Assembly: GCA_010015585.1 (NCBI GenBank)
Contig: ML975152.1
Origin: Eremomyces bilateralis CBS 781.70
Lineage: Eukaryota
Length of the DNA: 64,000 bases
Direction: 5' to 3' (one strand)
Made by a program: the position numbers and the translations under genes
Notes under the pieces: generated by a model
What the model saw: only the letters and a program-made list of their open reading frames with translations
The model's database searches: none
Told to the model about the DNA's origin: nothing
Part shown: positions 1 through 11,683 of the stretch, one piece after another
How positions within the stretch are numbered: position 1 is the stretch's first letter
Layout: each line of letters starts with the position of its first letter

Positions 1-783
1 TTCGTCTCCGATAGCTTCGCGGTGCGTTTGGACTCTCCGCCTTTTCGAAGGACGTTCTGGCGTATCCAAGGCCGAGCTGGCTTCGCTGGTCTCGTCTTCG
101 AAAAAACCTGGACGCATAAGATGCTGATGTGATACAGGCCCGTCGGTATCCACCGCAGCCTTCTCCTTCTCCAAATCAGCCTGCTCTACCTCTGCATCCA
201 ACATGACGTCCTGCAAGTTGGAAGACATTCGAGGGACTTGCGCCATTTTCGAAAAAGGAGTGATCTTCCCCGTACGTATGAGAAAATCTCGCCGACTCTC
301 ATTGGAGAGCGGCAGTTGTGTGTCCCCTTCAGTCCCGCCATATTGTTCCTTGTGCCTCTCTTCGATTCGCTGAGCTATCTGTTCTAGCTCTTCGTCAAGA
401 CTCTTGAGCTGCTCCTCAAGCTGAGTAATATCTACGCGGGCTTTGGCTCTGGCGGAGGCGCCAATCGGCAGGCTGAGGCGTTGTCGTAGTAGCTTCAATT
501 GAGACTCGCACCGTCGGCGGTTGGTCTCGGTTTTCTCGATTCGCTTATTATCGCGTTCATCCGATTGCTTGGTGAGAATCTCATCGGCTTGTCTCCCTAT
601 GTCGCGCACCAGATCATCTTGGTTGCGAGCTGCAGCAAGGAATCCTAGTTGTTCCTCGTCATTCATTTCAGGCTCCTTAGGCGCAGTGTGTGCCTCTGAA
701 TCCTCTGCCATGACACTTTCTGCCCGGGTATCCGTCGCTCTCTCATAAGCATTATCGCTCGGGGCTCCTTGGGGACCTTCCAT
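1..783 (-). CDS. RAD26: Rad26/CSB-like SNF2-family DNA repair protein, N-terminal part (continues off the left edge)
   Basis: Manual translation from ATG at 783 (MEGPQGAP...) gives ARNQDDLVRDIGRQADE...LRQRL...ESRRDFLIRTGKITPFSK...SHQHLMRPGF, the recognisable N-terminus of fungal Rad26/Rhp26. The frame runs to the window edge, so it is absent from the ORF track. Confidence 0.85.
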   Translation of the reverse strand, partial: MEGPQGAPSDNAYERATDTRAESVMAEDSEAHTAPKEPEMNDEEQLGFLAAARNQDDLVRDIGRQADEILTKQSDERDNKRIEKTETNRRRCESQLKLLRQRLSLPIGASARAKARVDITQLEEQLKSLDEELEQIAQRIEERHKEQYGGTEGDTQLPLSNESRRDFLIRTGKITPFSKMAQVPRMSSNLQDVMLDAEVEQADLEKEKAAVDTDGPVSHQHLMRPGFFEDETSEASSALDTPERPSKRRRVQTHREAIGDE

Positions 784-1347
784 GCTTCCGCTGCTTGTTC
801 TGACCGAGTAGATATTCCTCGACACCAGAGGGCAAAGTGGCGGAAGTACGAAGGCGAATTGAAAAGTCCCGTACGCCTGGAGACTTAAATACCCTGGTGT
901 AGTAAAATAGCGAAGGACATGTGAATGAACGGGTATAAAGCGATTCACTTCCACTTCGCCTCAATGATCGCGCTCCTCAAACGGCAAAGGTGCGAGATTG
1001 TCGCGAAGTCACAAGACGATGCGTCATAAGCAACAGTGCAATTGCAGGATATGAATTTAAGGCAATGAGGCGTAAATTTGACAATCACCAACCCGTGCAC
1101 GTGATTAGGCTGAAAGTGTGAGGGCGATATGATTGGTCAACTGCCAAAATTTCTAGACATCGCGATATTGAGGGACTTGAATCAACGAGATTCGCAGCGT
1201 CCTACGTCTATTTCCTCGCGCCTGAAGACGGACCCGTAAGGCTTGTCTCATAAAATGCCAACTAGAACGCTTTCCCGACCGTAGCCCATTCCTACCACCT
1301 CAAGACGCAGGGTTTGATTACCTCCAAGTCCCCTCCGCTCATCCAGC

Positions 1348-2004
1348 ATGGCTACTAAAGACACCACCACCACCACCGAGCAAGAGCTCGCTCAGCTCCG
1401 GCAACAACAATTTGAATCCGTCAAATCCGGGCTCGCGAAGGCGCTCATCATCGTATGCCCGGTCCTTCTCCTCGCCCCGCCTCGAAAACTCAACGTGTTC
1501 ACACTTGGCCTTTCGTCAGTATGGTCCGCCAGCTTGGACCATCAGATTCAGGAGTACACGGGTCGGTCGATGTTCCAGCATCTCGCGCCAATAGTGTTTA
1601 GTACACAGGCCTCGGACGGCTTGCCGACGGAAAAAGCTCGAGAGATTCAGAGGTTGCTGAGAGAGCAGAGAGAGAGCGGCCGTACGAACAAAGCGGAGCA
1701 GGACAGGTTGCAGGCTACGGCGTCCAGAGGTGCCGTGGCTATGCCGGCAACGCTGGTACGCTCTGAGACCGGGAGCCAGTTGGAGGAACCGCAGCAGCCA
1801 GATAAACGGAGCGTACTGCAAAAGATGTGGATGGGAGACGAAAAGGAGGGCTGGAAGGAGAGAAGACTACAGGAGGAGAGGGAGAAACTGGCTGAAGGAA
1901 AAGGCTATTGGGATATGATGATCGAGCAGATTTGGGAAGTTTGGAGCTGGGAGAAACAAGATGAAAAGAATACTCCTGCAGATGATGGGAGCAAGGAACT
2001 TTGA
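1348..2004 (+). CDS. Fungal hypothetical membrane-associated protein (218 aa)
   Basis: Intact ORF with hydrophobic ALIIVCPVLLLAPPRKLNVFTLGL and C-terminal KMWMGDEKEGWKERRL...GKGYWDMMIEQIWEVW, a pattern I recall from conserved Pezizomycotina hypothetical proteins. Divergent from RAD26. Confidence 0.75.
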   Translation: MATKDTTTTTEQELAQLRQQQFESVKSGLAKALIIVCPVLLLAPPRKLNVFTLGLSSVWSASLDHQIQEYTGRSMFQHLAPIVFSTQASDGLPTEKAREIQRLLREQRESGRTNKAEQDRLQATASRGAVAMPATLVRSETGSQLEEPQQPDKRSVLQKMWMGDEKEGWKERRLQEEREKLAEGKGYWDMMIEQIWEVWSWEKQDEKNTPADDGSKEL

Positions 2005-2185
2005 GAGAAACGATGATTTGATACCTAGCAGGGCGCATCGGTCATTAGGGGGGATATATGGGAATAAACCTGGGCACTGTTACGAGCGGGGCAACTGTAC
2101 CATACGTACGAAACATTGTATAACAGTCTCTTTAGATACATATCTGCCAGACTCCTTGAAACCAACCAATTCAGGGGAAGATGTC

Positions 2186-3957
2186 TCATGGATTCCACAT
2201 GAGACCAACTTCCGTCTCCTCTCGGGAGACCGCTTGAAACATCATAATGGATATTTGACCTGCAAGGTTTTCCGTCCCGCCACGGCCTTTTTCAAGGACC
2301 ATTCCTGGCGGTGCTGGTCTACTCCAGCTCGACTTCCACAACCAGAAAAGTCCGCCCCATTGGCTAGGCGCGTGACGGCCCCAAACTCCCACCAACCCCC
2401 AGGGCGTAAGGCGTCCCTCCCAATTCCAAACAACAGGCTGGGCTTCGTACCTCTTTATGAGATGAAAGTACCCAGTATTTGTGTTCAGTGACCCAAATAA
2501 CTGGAAGGCTCCAACTACATCATAGCCATTCGACCTCAGGGTCATGTCGTGGCGGTGGTTGGGAGGAGATGAGCTTGTTGAAAACTTAATTCCTTGCATT
2601 GGCCCATCAAATGTCATATCCCATGGGGTGTCTTGGGCGTTACAGCAGGAATAATATCCAACCCAGTCATCTTCCATGAACTGCTTTGTAGCCATTGTTT
2701 TCAGATGTGAGACCGCAAATCGATATGACGCCTCAAAGGAACCGAAACAATCCGAGAGCAGGGCACTTTTATCATTTTCTGGATCAGCATAGATCTGCGC
2801 GAGAGGGATCGTGTCGATAGATGGCGGAAGGATCAGATTCGAGGGTAGTTGGCTGTGCTCAGGTGAGAGTCCCGCAGAAGTGGCATCCACATACCCGGCG
2901 CGCGAGAGTCTGGACTGGAGCATTCTGAAAAGTTTGATAAGGAGTAGTGACGTCCACTGAGCGGCCATGGAATATGCCAAGACATGCATTGACTCTGGAA
3001 AGGGAGTTTCTGTACCCCAAATTCCATTGCAGGCGGTAATGCTCTTATAGAGCCTCTTCCACCCCTCTTGGAGGAGAAGCAACTGACCGTCGGCTTCTGT
3101 TTCTGCATCAACGCGTAACTCAACTGGCTCTATTGGATGGCTCAGTAGGCGAAGGGTCAACAAATATCTTGAGACAATCCAATCAGTCGTGGATCCGCCG
3201 AATGGAATTCCTAAGATTGCATTATCAATCTTAGAAAACTCAACGTAGGTGGAACATCCCATCAATCCCCAGATAGGGGTCAAGGGAAGGTCCCGAAGTA
3301 TCGGGTCTGTTCGAATTGTTAGTTTAAGATTTCCCGATAAGATCACGGAACTTCAAGCCATCGATGGCTAACTGTGTCTTGTATCAAAGTTCGAGGCATC
3401 ATACGATGACATTGGAAACAATTTGGCCGCGTCGTCAGATACTCATCGAACATCCAGCTCTTTCCGAACCATTAGAGTATGATAAAGCGCTTGACTCCAA
3501 CATAAATCTAGCATCAAAGCAAGTTACTCAAAGAAATACAAGAGTACCACTCACGATTAAGGAGAGAAAGCCTCAACAAAGGCCCAACCTGATGGACATC
3601 TATTTTCCTTTCAGGAGGACTTCGCTTCAAGGAAGGAAGTCTCCGACCCGCAAACAGTTGATCTCGAGAGTGATCAATTGCCGTCAGTTGCGCTAGGGGT
3701 TTGAGAGCGCTTAATGAGAGAGCATCGGGTTTTCCGAGATAGTTCAAAAATTGAGAGCATTCCTCTGGGCTGTATGACGAAAGTCTGAGTTTGATATAAC
3801 TGTGGAAGAAGAATTTCGTGTTTAAAACTTCGCGAAAGTAGCTACATGTCGCGATGAGGCTGTAGATCGTATGGAAGTCGGAGAACAGCGCAATGTGGGT
3901 AAGAATCTCGGCAGGAATTCCTCCTATTGATGAACTGGAAATAGATAACTGCTCCAT
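2186..3957 (-). CDS. F-box domain protein, spliced (introns within ~3300-3560)
   Basis: 5' exon has F-box-like IGGIPAEILTHIALFSDFHTIYSLIATCSYFREV. 3' exon has WVGYYS...FDGPM...LIKRY...WNWEGRLTPWGLVGVWG...WGGLFWLWK. A branch point/acceptor ACTAAC..ACAG ends at 3307. Internal exon boundaries are uncertain. Confidence 0.7.
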
Positions 3958-4331
3958 GATGAATGGCTACAATAATTTTTTGTTATGGGTGGATTTGAAG
4001 GTAAGGCGAGGGTGTCGAAACCGATTTAAAGGTTAGGTTTTGGTGTTGGGAGGCGACGCAGGTGAGACGCTGTCGACTCACCCCGCCGCTCCTCCCCAAT
4101 CCCTACTCCCTAATACCATGGGCAGTCTTTTGCCGCATTCCAAATGACCCAGATATTTTCATACCTATAGTTAAAGGTGCTGTGAAGTCAATTTGGAGTC
4201 TCTAAGGAACGAATGAACGCACAGCTGCAACATCCCAGCCTTTCCAGGCAGTATTGAACATGTTTCCATTCTTTCTCCCTGATATAACCAGCCTGCTTTT
4301 CTCCTGGAGCATAGCACAATAGTGATTCCAG

Positions 4332-5546
4332 TCAATCAAATGGTATGCGTCTCAACTGAGCTCCAGCCTGCTTCCTCGCCTCCTGCATCGCACCAACGCT
4401 GCCAGGCACTTTGATCCCACAGCAATCGCCCCACGAGTTCTCTCCCTGTTCATGCGTATGCTCATGATCGTGATGATGCTCCGCACTGCCGGAACCCCCT
4501 TCACTCTCTGCAGGCGTCATTCCCTCCACAGCCGGGATCAACGAGCCAAACAAGAAATGCTGCATCACGGGCAGCTTCCCAAGGACTTCACGGACGAACA
4601 TCTTCCTCATGCCACCTTCGATCTTCTCCCAGCTCTTTGCCGCTGAAATGTCGTCCAGCATAGGCGAATGCCACCGTAGCCCTTCGACATTCTTCGTGCT
4701 ATTCACGAAAGCGATCTGGTCCAGATAGAGGTAGTCCTTCGCACACTCTTCAAGTACAAGCTGCTGGTGAACCGACTTGGGCCTGATGTAGCTGTGCCCG
4801 ATGAGCTGCGAGGCGCCGAAGAGGAACGGGAGGAACTGGTAATCGTCAAGTCCCCAGACGCCATGAGAGCCTGCGGGTTCGAGATAATAAGACAGCTGGA
4901 TGATTCGAACGACGTTGAGGTACTGAGGGAAGATTCGGAGCGCTAGCTGCTGCAAGGTTTCCTTGTCGGATGGTACTACGCCGAGCTTGCTGAGGCACAG
5001 CAACCAGAGCCAAAAATTCAGTTCATGGCCAGAACCGTAGTCGATTCGTTCCGCGCTGCCGAAAGAGTGCAGCAGGTACGTTGAGACCTCCGGGATTGCA
5101 GCGGAGGGGAGGCCAGGGATAGATTCATGAAGAGGACTGAGAGACGATGATAGAGCAGAGCAGAATACGGGGAAAGCAGGGTTTCCGAATCTTGAGCCTG
5201 CTGTATCGACTGGAGGGTTCGACTTGACCAATTCGTGGACAGAATCTAGCACCTGTAATATCGATGACAAAGCTGGTGAGAGACTTTCTGCTTTTAGAGC
5301 AGAGATAGGTACGCCTCGAACGGCATCTGAGGTAGTAAACACGAAGCCAGTGAGGAGGGTATATGTCGGAGATGCCTGGAATTTGCCATGATCGTCTGGA
5401 GATAATATTCGTCGGATGGGGATGATGTATGCGTGATCTGACGCTACAGGCTCTGGCTCTGGGAAATGTGGTGTTGATGGAGGTGGACTTGTAGCTCGAT
5501 CTGATGGATGAGACCGTGGTACCAATTTAGGTAGGGCGTTGGCCAT
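4332..5546 (-). CDS. RRD2: PP2A activator (PTPA family), Rrd2/Ypa2 type
   Basis: SRFGNP, RIDYGSGHELNF, YYLEPAGSHGVWGLDDYQFLPFLFG and LRWHSPMLDDIS motifs, plus the Rrd2-type tail (His-rich, WGDCCGIKVP...IPFD). Confidence 0.93.
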   Translation of the reverse strand: MANALPKLVPRSHPSDRATSPPPSTPHFPEPEPVASDHAYIIPIRRILSPDDHGKFQASPTYTLLTGFVFTTSDAVRGVPISALKAESLSPALSSILQVLDSVHELVKSNPPVDTAGSRFGNPAFPVFCSALSSSLSPLHESIPGLPSAAIPEVSTYLLHSFGSAERIDYGSGHELNFWLWLLCLSKLGVVPSDKETLQQLALRIFPQYLNVVRIIQLSYYLEPAGSHGVWGLDDYQFLPFLFGASQLIGHSYIRPKSVHQQLVLEECAKDYLYLDQIAFVNSTKNVEGLRWHSPMLDDISAAKSWEKIEGGMRKMFVREVLGKLPVMQHFLFGSLIPAVEGMTPAESEGGSGSAEHHHDHEHTHEQGENSWGDCCGIKVPGSVGAMQEARKQAGAQLRRIPFD

Positions 5547-6208
5547 GATCTTAAAATGATTACTGTTTGACTTATTTTTCTCTCTTTGGCTGCAGACATG
5601 GGAAATGATTAGGGTGTGTATTTGGAGTTGTGATCAAAGGAGGATTGAGATGCTGGTGGTGGTGAGATAATCGTAACTTTATGTGACAACGAATGTGGTT
5701 GAATTCCTTGAAAGCGTCAGCAAGCTGACTCCATTCCTACATCACATAATTGCGTTCAATGCATAGCAATTTTCCCTCAACCATGATTTTATACAGCATA
5801 TCCCAAGCGATATGGAATAAAATTGCTACTTGTAGGAAACCCTACCTTTCAAACGAAAAATGAAAAGCCCCATTGGATGACTTCCCTTGAAGAACAATTT
5901 GGGACAAAGCAAGACATCACTAACATGCTCACGAGTGGACTGGAAGATGTGAAAAGGTGATGATATCCTGTTATTGACTCCATTCGGCTAATTACACTGC
6001 GGTAGGTAAGAACAAACGTCAGACCTGCGCTCGTTCCAAGGCCGGGTATCATAAAATCCAAGATGAAGAAACACGCTTGATATATGTCGTCAATCCGTAT
6101 TATGTATCGTAGCCCCCGCTCTCCCTCGTGGCTGCTCCTGTTCATAACTGCATATGCTTCAAATCCGCTCGAAATGTAGGCAAGATCCCAAACACTGGGC
6201 GGAAATAC

Positions 6209-8921
6209 CTAAAACATCTCCATCTCCGTCCCCTCCTTGGCCGTGGCAAATACCTCGCTCGCCTTCTCTTTCTCTGTTTCTTCCTCTTCGTCTTCCACCT
6301 CTTCCCCCTCCTCTTCCTCCCCATCAACACTATCAAGCCCACTAAACCGGCTCGTATGCCTCCTCGCCTCCTCCTCCATCCGATCCCGCTTCTCCTTATC
6401 CATCATCCGCTCCCGCTGCTTCTCGTGGTCATCCCACGCCGTATCTCGCCTACCGTGTTCCCAGTGACCGGATTCCGCGGTAGGATCGGTCGCTGAACCA
6501 GAGGCAGAGACAAGACGCCCCACAAAGCCTCGCAACGACATCACTTCCGCTCGCAGCTCTCGTACCTCTGCCTCTAGGTTCTTTCGCACCAACCGCTCGT
6601 ACTTCAACACTTCGTACAGCGGCGTCAGATGAGCAGCAATGTCTGGACTTTGCGGTAAAATCCCCGTCGGATTCGCATAGCGTGCGCTAGGACCATATGC
6701 GGCATACGAAGGGGTTATTGATCCGGCGTCAGAATATTCATGAGGCGGCCCGTATGCAGGAGAGAACAGCGGGAAAGCTTCCGCCGCACCAGACGGTGGG
6801 CCATGTCGCGTAGGAGGGCGGACGTCAATATAATCATCCGCTATTCGCATCCCATTTTGCGGAGCATACGCAACAGTTGGCGACAGGCCAGAACCATATC
6901 CAACACCAAATCCAGGGCCCATTCCGGTACCTGCGCTGCTACTCGATGGCGGGGTATGCGGCCGTACAGGTCGCTCGTCTGCATCGCCGGGCATGGTTGA
7001 AGTGCCGAGAAATGGTCGAGTTTGATTGCGGCTGCGTCGGCGCGATTTTGGAGCATCGGATAGCAAGACAGTGGGGTATCCACTCGCTTTCTTGTCTCTG
7101 AGACGCTGGAGCGATTGTTCGAAACCGCGCATATCTCGCTCCAGGTGCTCCAGGCGCTCAGTGAGGCTGCTGGGCGAAGAAGGGTCCGAGTCGGATCCAC
7201 GACGAGCAAGCTCGTCTACTTCCAAAGCAAGGAGACCAGGTTGGCGTTCGGAGTGATGCTGAGCGCGAGGTGTACTAGCAGAATGGTCTCGGTCCGCTGC
7301 ATGCTCTTGAGAAGGGTCGAAGCCGAACGCCTCCAGGGTGTCATCTCCCATTTTCGTATCGCTCCTCCGACGTTCTTCTCTCTCTTTTGAAATTCGCTCG
7401 CGACCATGCAGCAGGTCCGAACCATGCCGTACGCTAGTACCCTCCGCGCCCATAGAGACGATCTCCGCTCGATTCGGCATCGCCTCTGTCCCAGCATGCG
7501 AGACACTGGCTTTCTTCCGCTGCGCACTTGGCACCGGCGACCCGCTTCGGGTACCTAGATAGCTTGCGCGCCAATAGCGAATCTCCGCACTTCGACGCCG
7601 CGAGTCGGCTTGATTATTACCACGGTCAGCGAGGTCGCGAAGCGCACCGGCGCTGCGTGACCGACGGTTTGGATTTGCTTTTTGAGAAGATCCGTTATTC
7701 AACCCCGTCGTCGTCAACGCAAGGCCGATCTGTGCAGCATCAGACGCTCCGCCCCGCGGTTGAGTTATATTGGGGGAGTCGAGGAAAGGATTATGGCTAG
7801 GATCATCGGAAACTGGGAGAATGACGCTTGGAAGAGTTGCTCGGCGTTTATGCGTTGGAGACAACGATGAAGCATCAATGCCGGGACGGACCTGACGTTG
7901 CCGAGTAGGACTACTAGTCTGAGGGGCATTGACGTTCATCGGGAAGGGGAGATGTGCTCGGATAGGAGTTTGCGTGCCGGGATCTTCGGAAATGTTTTCG
8001 GAAAATCGGCGGATAGGGACGGAGTGGTTGCGCTGATGGGGCGTTGGCGACTGATCGTTGTCACCTTCGCCGTTACCACGAGTTGCTATGCCCTCAGGAA
8101 TCATTCCCGGATCCTTTCCACTGTCAGCGCGTTCTTCGCATCAGTGAGCCTCACAATACAGGTATACATACACTACGGTGATATTCATGCCTCGGTGGAG
8201 ATGGTTTAGCCGCCGGTGACTCTCCTTGAGCGGCGTCTACTCTACTCCTTTTACTCGTAAACATCCGCCTGAAGACCGATTTAATCGTCCCGCTTCTTCG
8301 CTGCTTCTTTTTCGTCGGGGTGGCTGTATTGCCATTGCTGCTCATAGGAGTATTGCGCAGCGGAATTGGCGTAGCAAAAGGGGGTGAGGCTCCTGGCGAG
8401 GTGGGCCGTTTCATGGTGCTTCTCCGGTTCATCAGATCTTCGGACGAAAATTTATGCCTCAAGACCTGCGGAGAGACGCTCCCACGCTCGTTGGGAACGG
8501 CACTTGGCTCAACAGCTCCGTCAGCTGACCCAGTCGATCTCGCTAGACCTTGACGATCTGGCTGTTCCCACGTGTCCTTGGTCGGAGTCATCGAAGACTT
8601 GATCGCCTCAGCCGGGGTGGACGGCCGTCTTGACGTCGTTCTTGTCGATGTCATTTCCCCCTGCGCCAAATCTGGCGTTCCACCGCATTGTATATAGCTA
8701 CCACGCTCCTCCTGTGGAGTTGCCACCGTGTTACCAAAAAACGCCCCTGTACTCTCGGCCATGGGTATCGGCGCCGATATCTTGAGCTCGCCACGGCGAA
8801 TGGCTGCTATCCTCGAGGTCGTCCGATCGCGGTCGAGGGACAGAGAGAAATGGGACGTACGACGCTCGGCCGGGGATAGGTCGACTGGGTTGGATTTAAG
8901 GGGAGATGGTGGTACGGCCAT
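6209..8921 (-). CDS. Large low-complexity protein with coiled coils, two exons
   Basis: Two long ORFs joined by a GTATGT...CTGAC...AAG intron (8171-8114), giving HEYHRS|DPGMIPE. Likely ATG at 8921 (MAVPPSP). Contains NRRSRSAGAL, RRRSAEIRYWRASY, coiled coil LKYERLVRKNLEAEVRELR and an acidic tail. Confidence 0.75.
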
Positions 8922-11683
8922 TGTCGGGGAGGAGAAGAAATTGGGGTGCTGCGTTGATGTGCGGAGGTATGCATGCGCGACAGGCACGAAACTCAAAAGA
9001 GAACAACGCCGTGGAGTGACCTCTTGGACATGTGCTCGGGAGGGATCTGAGCCGTGAATGGGGTGGTCGTTCAAGTTATCTTGAGCGAAGGACGAAAAAT
9101 GAGATTATTGCAGGCATGCAGGTACGCCGGACACGGTCGACCGGGCTTAAATCGGGGGTCTTGAAATCAGATATCAAAGTGTTGTTTGATACTCAAAGGA
9201 ATGTAAGAGACGAGAATGAACGTTGCATGAAAGGTAGCAGCATCAGAAAGTATCTCATGGGAACAGCCACCATCATGATTGTAAAAGCAACGCAAGCAAT
9301 AGAACGCAAATGAGCCGCCCCGGGGAGAAGGAGACAAACGAGTCGCTAGGAAAGAAATGCTAGACCAGAGTCCAGATAAACCGAAAGAGGGGCGCTGGAA
9401 GCGGTTATGTACCTGCTTTGGGTCTTTGGTCCAAGTCAGACGGCGACTCCGTCTGTACAGGTGTACAGAGGTGGAGAGATGCATGAGCAAGCCACCTTGC
9501 TGGGCAGGTTGGAGGAGGGGAGCGTGGGGTAGCGACTAGCGCTATGATGAGTATGCAAGAAATAGAGCCTATTTCCGGTCATAATTGTGTCCCGCTTCTA
9601 GTTTTGGGGCGGCATGAGCCGGTAGATCCATTGACGACTTGGCCAGCCCCTTATCTGAGTTGTGAATGGCCTGGTCAGCTCAGGTCTCAAGGACGCCAGC
9701 TATGAAGTGCCTATGGCTGTACCCTAAGTTCCTCACAGGAGTTCCTGACTTGTCCTGCAGGCGGAGGATGCAGCCAGGCATGATGGCATGATGGCAGAGA
9801 ATTGAGGGAAGCCAATGGAGGGCTGCATTGAGCTGGCCCTGATCATCCATGGTGCTTAACTCCTCAAGCCACAATGGGCAAAGCGAGACGCAGTGTAATT
9901 GTCATTATTGAGGTGGTTTCGAAGAACAGGTGGATGTTGTAAGGATTAATGCGCCTGGATTAAGGATGGATCCTCCAGGAGTCTAGCATTCGGCAGAACA
10001 GCGTCAAAAAAGACGTTTAATAGAGTTTTACGTGCAGCAATCAGCGGAGACTTGCAGCCGCACTTCCAATCAAGCCGGTCCACTTGATATGCAAAGCCCT
10101 TGCTAATATTGTTTCAGTTATTCAGTATCTCTAGTCCGTCTTGTAAATCAAACTTATTGCTTGGAATCTTGGGTGAGGGCAAACGGGATTCATTCCGTTC
10201 GTCGTGAACTCGTGACCAAATAACCATGCTTGTCGGATAGGGATTGTACATTAGGGTACGAGCTCGATTGCATGCGCGTCTTTTTTCTAAACCAACTTAA
10301 CGATGGGATTATGCCATCCGGGCGCATGCCCGAATACTCGTGGCCCTATCTCATTCTCGGTGGAGCATGAGGGAAGACGAAGGGAGTGGACTGTGGAGAC
10401 TAGAGAGAGGTTTCAACTTTTCAAGGTTGGTAGGAATCAGGGGTAGCGGGTGGTCTGGCCACCTCCACGAACTATCGAGCCACAATCTACCAATATTGAA
10501 TCCAGCATCCGACATGGAGACTCAGAGCCTTCGTAATTGGTTTATGGAGTCGACGAGACAGGATCGGTGCAAATCTTTATGGATAGATCCGAACGGTGGG
10601 TAAATCCGAAGTCTGCGAGTACCGGCTCACCTTAGGGTTTAGAGGTTCAATATCAAGTTCCCAAGAAAGAGGGCACATTTGAGGCTGGAAATGATTATTA
10701 ACACTCCATCATTGTTTATCGGCACAACTACATCCGTGTGAACTGTGATATGATTGATGGACCTGAGATATGCATGCAGCCCCAGCAAGCAAATGCTCAG
10801 TTCGGTATAGCACCAGACGTAGGTCAGAGATAGACTCAGGGCCAATAAGCTTAGGATGGACGGTTCCTTGCCGATGTACGAACCACGAAGGTCGCCGGCG
10901 AAGAAAAGCCAATTCGGTAGCATGCGACGTTCTGTATCCATTATGGTTGCATTAGGATTCAAGGACGGCCCTTCAACTGTCGGTGTAGAAACGCAGAAGT
11001 GGTAGCGTGGAATCGTGGATACGACCACCATCCACCTTCTCCTTTTCATCGTCCCATGACACCACGGCTCGGCCCTTCCACTCGATTTGTTCAACGATTC
11101 CGATATAAAACATGCTGATTGCTGGATACTGGGTTGCTGGTGGAATACGGGACTCTAGTGGCTGAAGGGGGTCCCAATATCAAATCGCTCATGCAAGTTG
11201 CGGATGGCGCCAACTTCCTGCCCGCTACTAACCAATCTCATCCGACGATCGCCCTGTTCCCTCACACTGTCACACACCATTCAGGCACTCGCCAGCCAAC
11301 ACCACCTCACAGCGCAACTGTTCCTGGTGAATATCGTTTCAATGGCTTTCTCGGTTCTCCATTCTTGGAAAACACGCCATACTGTGACGCTGCAATGATG
11401 ATAAGATTTAAATCCTGTGCCGCAGCAGGGAAGAATGGTGATTCTATGTACACTTGCCTCTTGGGCTTAGCCCTTGGGTGGCTGACACTGGCTGTTTGGC
11501 CATCTTTAACTGACTCGATGTTAGCCGGGCGGTCTAGATTCATGAACATTTCCCTCGGCCAAATATCTCTCCATGAAGAGCCTCAACAATAATGAAATCC
11601 ACTCTCGGAGTTATGGTTCGTCCACGTTGCAGACCCATTGTCTCATGTTGTCGACTATCTCAGATATTCGGGCTTCTTATGAG

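Noticed and set aside
4200..4334. RRD2 stop context TGA CTG with an open extension of ~43 codons (possible readthrough)
   Set aside because: The extension ends ...SFVP with no PTS1, and IPFD is the expected family terminus.
9100..11680. Short ORFs in the 2.6-kb spacer (for example 10639-11094, 11119-11592)
   Set aside because: Mostly non-ATG starts, no codon bias or motifs; consistent with promoter and UTR sequence.
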